Of a DNA stretch of 64,000 bases, positions 17,948-25,227 are shown in pieces. Every line of letters begins with the position of its first letter. Position 1 is the stretch's first letter. Under the pieces are notes generated by a model that saw only the letters and a list, made by a program, of their open reading frames with translations, was not told where the DNA came from and made no database searches. The DNA lies in the IMG/VR virus record IMGVR_UViG_3300009177_000720; one strand, given 5' to 3'. The position numbers and the translations under genes are program-made. Source of the DNA: a virus.

Positions 17948-18524
17948 TGTTACTCCTAAATAACTTTTGGCAAATAGCTTTGCCACGCTTGTTGATTTGA
18001 TTCCATTTGATTTTAAAGGAGGTGGAATCGGTACCCCCAAACATCTTAGCGTTGGCATGAACTTCAGCCAGCCCAGCTAGAAGAAGAGTGCAAGCTTCAG
18101 GATAAGTAATGAACTCATCGATGTCGCAAGCCTTCATGGTATGAATCATCATATCCATCTTCATAAGCTTGGCAGCCGCACAACTACCTCCCACTTCCAG
18201 CCATGTCTTGGATGAGATGTCAGCATGGTTAGGAAAATGAGTTCTACCATTCTCATCGATTGACTTACAATAAGGCTTACCACAATCGTGATAAATTGTA
18301 TACTCCTCGATGATATCCTGAGGCAGGAGGGCGCTAAGAATTTGTTGATTGTATTCCGAAAGCCAATCAGGCAATCTCCAGTCTCCTGTGATTTGACCGG
18401 TTTTCAAATAATCAATCAATTGAAAAATATGCTCTTTAACCGAGAGACCATGCTGGAAAATAGACTGGCCTTTGGCTTGTTCACATTGTTGCATGTCTTG
18501 GATGAGTTGAAGCTAGGAGGGCAT
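17931..18524 (-). CDS. HD-domain phosphohydrolase with in-frame TAG at codon 4
   Basis: QSIFQH...YHDCGKP...HFPNHA; GGAGG-9nt-ATG CCC TCC TAG CTT CAA is in frame with the ORF-track ATG at 18494. Confidence 0.82.
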
Positions 18525-18525
18525 G

Positions 18526-18891
18526 TTAGAGTGCCTCCGATAGCCAAGCATTAACATCGGCTAATGTTGGGTTGTAGCTTCCAAGATGGGGTGCCCACTT
18601 TGGTGCATGTGCCTGAATAATTTGAAAGACCAAATCGGCTCTTGGAAGATTATCCTTAGCACATGCTCGCTCCACTGCATGATATGCCACGCCTCTCAAA
18701 AAGGCATAGGCTAGCAAGTGATGGCGGATATCAATTCCAACAACACGCTTGCGGGAAGCCAAGTTCCAAACGGCTTCTTCCTTCTTTGCTTTAAGAATAC
18801 GGTTCCTTGCTTTCCTTGATTCAATAGCAAGTCCCTTAATTTTACCAATCAATACAAACTTCGAATAACTGTGTTTCAGTGCGTTTTTCAT
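18526..18891 (-). CDS. basic hypothetical protein, first gene of the amber-gated operon
   Basis: AGGAG-7nt-ATG at 18891; RHHLLAYAFLRGVAYHAVE motif. Confidence 0.8.
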   Translation of the reverse strand: MKNALKHSYSKFVLIGKIKGLAIESRKARNRILKAKKEEAVWNLASRKRVVGIDIRHHLLAYAFLRGVAYHAVERACAKDNLPRADLVFQIIQAHAPKWAPHLGSYNPTLADVNAWLSEAL

Positions 18892-18995
18892 TTTACATCT
18901 CCTATAGTTACAAAACAAACAAATACGGTTAAGGTTTGTTTTAAACCAGGAGGTGCACGTGAACCAATCTATAGATAATCAGATAGCGTCTTCAT
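18888..18995 (-). promoter_or_regulatory. leader ORF with internal TAG, RAPP arrest motif and SD-sequestering hairpin (putative translational attenuator)
   Basis: MKTLSDYL*IGSRAPPGLKQTLTVFVCFVTIGDVK*; TAG 18971-18969; RAPP 18959-18948; hairpin 18952-18899; TGA overlaps the next ATG. Confidence 0.75.
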
Positions 18996-19017
18996 CTTGT
19001 TCTTATATATCCAGTTA

Positions 19018-19602
19018 TTAGTGGAATAGAATTAGCGTAGCTAATCGTTTGTTTAAGTGGGCCAAATCTTGAAATTTATTTAAATCTAACGGCATAGGTG
19101 GAAGAAATTTATTATTTAATCGGATAGTCGCTGACTCTCCTGTTAAATTTCCCGTTTGATTATAGTATTTAGTAATCCTAATATCTTTGCCACCTTTAAG
19201 GGTATAATGTAACTCCTCTTGCTGGATGGTCAAGGGCGGGAAACTTTTTTCTTTTTTAGTATTTCCTTCCTTGTAAATAGTAGTAATTTTAAAATGACAA
19301 GTGGCACACATCTTATGAACATAAGTCCAATTAGTTGTTAATCGATTAATTATGTCTTGTCCGTCAATAATTAAACCAGTACTAGCATCAATGCTGACAC
19401 TATGATTCTTGTGCTTAGAACGCAATACTCCATCCTTTAATATCATTCTGAGATGAATATTTTCCTTCCCGCTACCCCAGCGAGGTTTGGATGGCAATAC
19501 AGGGGCTAACATCCCATCAATGACAATATTCATGGTCTTACCACAAACTAAACAATTGGGGATGTAGTCTAGTAGTTCATTTGGTGTTTTGAACGTGTGC
19601 AT
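19018..19602 (-). CDS. hypothetical Zn-ribbon protein
   Basis: CLVC and CATC; C-terminus LNKRLATLILFH. Confidence 0.7.
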   Translation of the reverse strand: MHTFKTPNELLDYIPNCLVCGKTMNIVIDGMLAPVLPSKPRWGSGKENIHLRMILKDGVLRSKHKNHSVSIDASTGLIIDGQDIINRLTTNWTYVHKMCATCHFKITTIYKEGNTKKEKSFPPLTIQQEELHYTLKGGKDIRITKYYNQTGNLTGESATIRLNNKFLPPMPLDLNKFQDLAHLNKRLATLILFH

Positions 19603-20086
19603 TAAGAATGTTCTCCAAAAGCTCTCTAGGATTCAATAGTTGGGGAGGTTTGACCGTGTCCAAAACCCAAGTAACATGCTCGCGGGTTCCAGGAGCATAT
19701 TGTTCCAAATGTAACATAGTGGTTCCATTGCCCTTATCTTTTTTAAGGACAGGGATAATAGCCCCAATTATCTCTCCTGCCGAGACTTGATTGCCGACTT
19801 GCCACCTAGAATCTGGCTGTAACTCACAGTATCCAATTACACCAGATTTACCTTCAACCATAATGGACCAGGTGTCATTCCACCATGGACTTGGTGGGTT
19901 AGCATTGGCACCAGTAAAATGTTCAATATTTACGACTTCCCCATCCTCGATGGCTTCTACAATTGTATAAATTGGGCAATAAATATCAATACCTGGATGA
20001 TGGTAGAAAGAGCGCCTAAAGGCAAAGTCTCCCACGTGACCTTCTGGGGGAATGGCAGGTAATTTGTCTTTAAGGGGCCATTTCAT
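19577..20086 (-). CDS. M23-family peptidase
   Basis: HPGIDI, VEAIEDGEV, VGNQVSAGEIIG, MLHLE. Confidence 0.85.
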   Translation of the reverse strand: MKWPLKDKLPAIPPEGHVGDFAFRRSFYHHPGIDIYCPIYTIVEAIEDGEVVNIEHFTGANANPPSPWWNDTWSIMVEGKSGVIGYCELQPDSRWQVGNQVSAGEIIGAIIPVLKKDKGNGTTMLHLEQYAPGTREHVTWVLDTVKPPQLLNPRELLENILNAHVQNTK

Positions 20087-20128
20087 ACTAAAATTCTCAC
20101 ATATTATTAGATAGATAGGAGCGTTAAC

Positions 20129-20875
20129 ATGACAGCAAGATTAGTACCAACAGTTAGAACCAAATATACCTTGAACCAATTGATTGGTGGATTAGTAGAG
20201 GGTTGGTTTAAAAAGTTTGGGGTTATTCCGAGGAAAGAATCTATTGGTGTTCTTTACGCTCAGAATGCCCTAGAAACGGGCGGCACGGTCTCCATGTGGA
20301 ACAACAACATTGGTAACGTCAAATACGTTCCTACGGCAGGTGATGACGATTGGGAATATATGATGCTAGCCAACGTTTGGGAAGTCGTCAATGGACAAAA
20401 AATTACTTTTCAACCACCGCACCCTGCAACTTGGTTCCGCGCTTTCCCAACCCTTGCCGATGGTATTGCTTGGCATTTTGATTTCTTAAAGAATCACCGT
20501 TATGCTAAAGCCTGGACCGCTGTAGAAGCTGGTAACCCAGCAGCTTTTGCTCACTTGTTAAAGGTCGCCGGATACTATACTGCACCTGAAGCAGATTATG
20601 TTAGACTTATGAATACTTACTTCAATAGGTTCATGAGAGACCCAACCTATGAGCAAGAAGTGGCTAGATTGATGCCGCCTCCACCAGAGCCGGATCCAAT
20701 TCCAGAACCAACTCCTGAGCCGGTTCCAGTTCCACAACCAGATCCTGGATCTGACCCACAACCAATGCCGCCTCCAGTTCCACAACCTCCAACTGCTCCA
20801 GCTAGAGATTGGGTACAGATAATTTTGAATGCGGTCTTCCCATTCTTGAGACTTTTCAAGTTGTTCAAGAAATAA
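20129..20875 (+). CDS. GH73/glucosaminidase-like peptidoglycan hydrolase with Pro-rich tail
   Basis: AQNALETG, NNIGNVK, FRAFPTLADG, RY, GYYTAP..Y. Confidence 0.78.
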   Translation: MTARLVPTVRTKYTLNQLIGGLVEGWFKKFGVIPRKESIGVLYAQNALETGGTVSMWNNNIGNVKYVPTAGDDDWEYMMLANVWEVVNGQKITFQPPHPATWFRAFPTLADGIAWHFDFLKNHRYAKAWTAVEAGNPAAFAHLLKVAGYYTAPEADYVRLMNTYFNRFMRDPTYEQEVARLMPPPPEPDPIPEPTPEPVPVPQPDPGSDPQPMPPPVPQPPTAPARDWVQIILNAVFPFLRLFKLFKK

Positions 20876-21235
20876 TCAACCTACCCAAAAGTAAACGGTC
20901 CGATCCAAACTTTTAGGCTTCTCACATAGAGAAACCGTTGGTTCATTGGGATCGCCATCTTTTGGATTGGCGAAATCGGCATAATACCACCACTCTCGCG
21001 GCATTCCAGAGAACTGACCTTCGAGAGGCGGATCATTTTTATCAATTACGTATGTCTCTTCGATTAGGGCGAAGTTGTAATAACGCTCAAAAATGTCTCC
21101 CCGATTTTGGAGAACACATTGTTCCGCTTCATCAAAATTGGCAAACAAGTGCCATAAGCGGGTACGTTTAATAGGATAATTTTTGCTATCTGGGCTATCT
21201 AGTTGCATAACCCCAACTGCATATACTATATTCAT
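20876..21235 (-). CDS. hypothetical protein
   Basis: Start moved to MNIVYAV just downstream of the tmRNA. Confidence 0.7.
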   Translation of the reverse strand: MNIVYAVGVMQLDSPDSKNYPIKRTRLWHLFANFDEAEQCVLQNRGDIFERYYNFALIEETYVIDKNDPPLEGQFSGMPREWWYYADFANPKDGDPNEPTVSLCEKPKSLDRTVYFWVG

Positions 21236-21240
21236 TAATT

Positions 21241-21596
21241 TGGTGGAGATGAAGGGAGTCGAACCCTTGTCCAAGATTTGTTTGAAAGAAACTCATTCAC
21301 AAACTTAGTCAATATTAGAGTCATTGACAACTCTGAGAGAATTCGCTCTCACGGGCTAGTTACTGTTTGTTTCATTGTTAAACCCGCAACCGAATTAACA
21401 ACTAACCTTAGTGGGTTTGGTGTCCTTTGATTACCAAGATTATCTTATCTCGGACACCCAGTCAAGCTGCTAGAGCAACTGGAGCAAATGCGTTATCGTT
21501 AGCATTTATACGTTGATCACTTTTTACGAGGTTGCAATCATCCCCGGTTTGTATCATTTCCTTGAAATTCCACCCTGTCGAAACCATGACATCCCC
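21241..21596 (-). ncRNA. ssrA: tmRNA, tag peptide ANDNAFAPVALAA*
   Basis: 5' GGGGATG..GGTTTCGAC; 3' GGTTCGACTCC..CATCTCCACCA with G3.U; resume codon GCT after TAAAT. Confidence 0.96.
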
Positions 21597-21789
21597 ATGA
21601 TGCATATTCTTTTTCTTGACGTTCCATTAGTTTAGCATAAGCAATTAAGATACGAAAACCATCCCTAGCTTCAGCCTGAGTTGGCATTGCTGGATTTTCA
21701 AAACAATTCTTTAATTCAAGTGCACGAATCTCTTCGTAAGAGTGTGGCGCATCGCAATCAAATACTTCACAAACAATACAGTGCGTCAT
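21538..21789 (-). CDS. hypothetical protein whose 3' end overlaps the tmRNA 5' end
   Basis: 83-aa ORF between tRNA-Thr and the tmRNA. Confidence 0.5.
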   Translation of the reverse strand: MTHCIVCEVFDCDAPHSYEEIRALELKNCFENPAMPTQAEARDGFRILIAYAKLMERQEKEYASWGCHGFDRVEFQGNDTNRG

Positions 21790-21790
21790 G

Positions 21791-21864
21791 TGGAGCCCAA
21801 AGTCAGAATCGAACTGACGTAATCTCGTTACGAAGGAGACATAATACCACTATATGATATGGGC
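21791..21864 (-). tRNA. tRNA-Thr(CGU)
   Basis: Loop TTCGTAA; G1-C72, C2-G71; CCA. Confidence 0.9.
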
Positions 21865-21944
21865 TTAAATGAGGGTTATTACCTTTCGGGTTTACCCCAC
21901 CGTTCTGCAACCCTCTTAACAGATAGTTGAGTAATGGTTAAATA

Positions 21945-22020
21945 TGGAGCCCGCGATTGGAATCAAACCAACGACATCCTCGTTACTAGTGAGGTGCTCT
22001 ATCAACTGAGCTACACGGGC
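21945..22020 (-). tRNA. tRNA-Thr(AGU)
   Basis: Loop CTAGTAA; cloverleaf; CCA. Confidence 0.9.
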
Positions 22021-22024
22021 TTAC

Positions 22025-22098
22025 TGGAGCTGAAGTCGAGGATCGAACTCGATTTTCGTCTTTACCAAAGACGGGTAATACCATTATACTACGTCAGC
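22025..22098 (-). tRNA. tRNA-Thr(GGU)
   Basis: CGTCT-TTGGTAA-AGACG; CCA. Confidence 0.92.
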
Positions 22099-22104
22099 GT
22101 AATC

Positions 22105-22178
22105 TGGAGCTAGCGCCGGGAATCGAACCCGGTTCACCGCGTTACAAGGGCGGAATAATACCATTATACTAAGCTAGC
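22105..22178 (-). tRNA. tRNA-Thr(UGU)
   Basis: Loop CTTGTAA; CCA. Confidence 0.92.
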
Positions 22179-22192
22179 TTGCTATGGTAAGT

Positions 22193-22220
22193 AATATAAC
22201 CCATTATTGCCAGGTGTCAA
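22193..22220 (-). promoter_or_regulatory. sigma70-like promoter for the Thr-tRNA/tmRNA cluster
   Basis: TTGACA-N16-TATATT. Confidence 0.75.
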
Positions 22221-22345
22221 GGTATTTAATTTTTTAAATTTCAGGACTTGAGGTTAAGTGCCAACCACTGCACGACCCGCATTTGTAAACGCGCAAATCC
22301 TTTTTGTCAAGGAGCAAGATGGCGGTTTCCGCATCCCTTTGCGTA

Positions 22346-22753
22346 TTATATCTCTTCTTGTTTGGTTGTTCGAAGCATTTCTTCATGATATTCTTTCATA
22401 GCCTTTTCATGAGCATCTAACCAATTTCGAAGAGCCGCATAACCGAACGGCGCCAGATAGGCCCATAGACCTACTGTATCTTTGTAGTGGCGCCAATCCT
22501 GGTCACCTTCCATCCAGACCATAGCATAACCGTAAGCGTCAACATGGACACTCTTAACAGGAGAAACCTCTTCATACCAAGCTACAATGTAATTCGTAGC
22601 ATGTAAGTGTGATAGTCCACCAGGCTTGTCGCCTACCCACTCTTCGGTTAATTGTTGGGCTAACTCGGCAGCTTTTTCAGCCTGTTCATTTGTTAATTCA
22701 GACTCGGGCCCTTGAATACCGGAAGTCATGCTAATATAAAACTTAATACTCAC
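22346..22753 (-). CDS. hypothetical protein
   Basis: 135-aa ORF. Confidence 0.7.
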   Translation of the reverse strand: MSIKFYISMTSGIQGPESELTNEQAEKAAELAQQLTEEWVGDKPGGLSHLHATNYIVAWYEEVSPVKSVHVDAYGYAMVWMEGDQDWRHYKDTVGLWAYLAPFGYAALRNWLDAHEKAMKEYHEEMLRTTKQEEI

Positions 22754-23535
22754 AGATTGCCCTTTCGGAAAATGTCTACGCCATTCTTGAAGATGTTAGA
22801 TAAGAATGATTGGTCTTTGGTAAAGATAGGTAGTTCTGGATTAATAACCCATTTGTTCTTGACACCGCCGTCAGTCGCCTTAGGCACTTTGTAACAAGCA
22901 GCTCCACGCCTAAAATGCATCGGGTAATTATTGAAGTCTACACCACACTCTTGATTAAGCAAATCAATCTTCTCATCTATACTAAGACCAGACAACATAT
23001 CTTTAATGGCATGCTTATCAAATTTCTTAAGCAGCTCATAGAAGCAGGCAAACTGAATAGAAGTATGGAAATTGTATTGTTGTTTGTACACCATAGTATT
23101 GATGGCTTCCATAATATTGGGGACCGCAAATACTTGGGCTGAGAAGATGGGCTCGCCGACCAAATTCAAATCAATAGCAGTAGAGCAATCATTGAAGTGC
23201 TTGGTAGCAATGGAGGAAGTAACGGAGGCAATTTTTTGAATCTTGTTGTCGTACCAAGGAACTGTTTCTGGGCTTTGATCGTTCCGGGCAACAATAACGA
23301 TTTCATCATTGTACTGAAATCCAAACAGGGCCCCATCAACTTCGGTGCATAGTCTTAATGTCGTGGATAGAATACACTCTGCAAATTTATTGCAATAGGG
23401 CTTCTCCAGCAATTCCGTTCCCTTACCAAAGGCACGCCCGTTCAAACAAATAATGATGGGTACTCGGCCCATCATTTTGTAGTCGGTCGCCTCCTGGTAG
23501 GACGCAATCCTATCTCTTAACTTCATATTTGACAT
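22750..23535 (-). CDS. Thg1-like 3'-5' nucleotidyltransferase (TLP)
   Basis: IICLNGRAF, QYNDEI, IQKIASVTSS, PIFSAQVFAVP, FRRG; first catalytic Asp appears as Asn. Confidence 0.88.
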   Translation of the reverse strand: MSNMKLRDRIASYQEATDYKMMGRVPIIICLNGRAFGKGTELLEKPYCNKFAECILSTTLRLCTEVDGALFGFQYNDEIVIVARNDQSPETVPWYDNKIQKIASVTSSIATKHFNDCSTAIDLNLVGEPIFSAQVFAVPNIMEAINTMVYKQQYNFHTSIQFACFYELLKKFDKHAIKDMLSGLSIDEKIDLLNQECGVDFNNYPMHFRRGAACYKVPKATDGGVKNKWVINPELPIFTKDQSFLSNIFKNGVDIFRKGNL

Positions 23536-23550
23536 AATACAGAATATAAC

Positions 23551-24102
23551 TTAAGCTAGAGCTGTTGGTGCTTTTGGATTTAAGCTACTTAACAATCTTC
23601 TAACTTCGCTTTGCAAATTACTAGTAATTTTGGTAGCAATCGGTCCAGTCGGGCTGACTTGCGATAAATTTCTAAATTCCTGGGACTGAAGCAAATCTTC
23701 AGCCTTTTCGGTCAACTGTTCGGAAGTTAACTTCTGTGGGAAGGCTTGTCCATTGTTAAATAATGAAATAAATACTTTTTTGAAAAACATGGCCAGATTT
23801 TTCTGGTCAGGGGACGGAAACTCATCCGGAGTGATTTGCCAGGACTTATTTCTAAGTGATTGAATATTATACTTTCCAGCAGTGGCTAGATTAATAGACT
23901 TATTTAATAAGTCGCCTAAAGCGAATACAATGCGAGTCCTAGCATCATCATACCCAGAGCGAGCGTTTGGATAAGCAGCCTCCATCGTGACGGTAGGGGC
24001 CGAAACAGTCATAGTTTGAGCTACACCAGAGGTAGGGGTATCACCTGTCGTCTGGGCTATCTTTTTCAGGATTCTTAGGCGGAGTTTGCTGTTCATGTCC
24101 AA
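23551..24102 (-). CDS. hypothetical protein (possible virion protein)
   Basis: N-terminal RILKKIAQ motif. Confidence 0.7.
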   Translation of the reverse strand: MDMNSKLRLRILKKIAQTTGDTPTSGVAQTMTVSAPTVTMEAAYPNARSGYDDARTRIVFALGDLLNKSINLATAGKYNIQSLRNKSWQITPDEFPSPDQKNLAMFFKKVFISLFNNGQAFPQKLTSEQLTEKAEDLLQSQEFRNLSQVSPTGPIATKITSNLQSEVRRLLSSLNPKAPTALA

Positions 24103-24225
24103 CTATATGCGAAATGAATAATAGGAAAAAGACCATTATCCACATTAGTCCATAGATAGCAAATCCACCTTCAACAGTTTCGATCCAATTACATGGGCTC
24201 ATATTACTCCTACTATTATGTGTAT

Positions 24226-25224
24226 TTACTTCCTATTAGGACGATAAAGCCTTTGTATTTCTTTTATTTTTTGAATCCTGTCTTCATCCATAATTTTCTT
24301 TCGTCTAGCTTCCCTTAGCATTCGCTGCTGCTCCTGCTTTGCCTCATCAGATAGATTAGGTAAAGGGGGTGGAGGAGGCTCTTTAGCAATAGGGGTGACC
24401 GGAGGCGAAACTGGAGGTGGGGGTGGAGGGTCAACAATAATAGCTGAGGATGGGACAATCATTGGCCTTTTGGGCTTAGATCTTGGCGGTAACTTAGGAA
24501 TGGTTAACCTAGGTGGTAATAATCCTTGGTTAGGTTTACCACGAGCCTCATTATCCGGAAGTAGATTGAAATTATCCCTAGCTAGCTGATAAAGGATATC
24601 AGACCTATGAATTGGCAATTGAATCTTGTCCCAGTGGTGTTTAAGAAGAGCTTCAGGATCAAGAAGTAGCTTTGGAGTCTGCCGCAAATATGGAACAATG
24701 AAATCGTATACTCTAGAATAATGATCCATATTAGCGGAGCTTGACCAAGCCATTTGGTCATTGATTCCTCCCCAATCTCCATGATTGGGAATGTATAATG
24801 CATTATCGTTGTACTCGAAATTTATTTTCGATTTAAGAAACGTATCTAGCCTAAACCTAACTACCAAATCATATTTGAATCCATTAGCCTGTTCATGTTC
24901 TTTCTTTAACTCATTTGCTAGTTTAATCTTATTGAACATGGATAAGACATTAGAGATGTTTCGTCCATTAAAATTACGCTGAGATAGAATGCTAGGGAAT
25001 CTGTAGTGAACTGACGGGACTATACTGTGTTTGACAACTTTAAGTCCCGACTTCAACATCCATAGCTCATCATCGATGCTGTCTAGTGTGTGCCAGTCTC
25101 TAGTGGCACCAGTGCACACAAACGCATCAAACTCATGGTTTGGATCTAGTAAAAATTGTTTCCAGGTGGGAAAACAAATTTGGAAACCTCTGAAGTACCC
25201 AGAAAGACACAAAGCAATTTTCAT
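24226..25224 (-). CDS. glycosyltransferase-like protein with Pro-rich C-terminus
   Basis: MKIALCLSGYFR, KYDLVVRFRLD, GINDQMAW pattern typical of viral glycan clusters. Confidence 0.7.
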   Translation of the reverse strand: MKIALCLSGYFRGFQICFPTWKQFLLDPNHEFDAFVCTGATRDWHTLDSIDDELWMLKSGLKVVKHSIVPSVHYRFPSILSQRNFNGRNISNVLSMFNKIKLANELKKEHEQANGFKYDLVVRFRLDTFLKSKINFEYNDNALYIPNHGDWGGINDQMAWSSSANMDHYSRVYDFIVPYLRQTPKLLLDPEALLKHHWDKIQLPIHRSDILYQLARDNFNLLPDNEARGKPNQGLLPPRLTIPKLPPRSKPKRPMIVPSSAIIVDPPPPPPVSPPVTPIAKEPPPPPLPNLSDEAKQEQQRMLREARRKKIMDEDRIQKIKEIQRLYRPNRK

Positions 25225-25227
25225 ACG

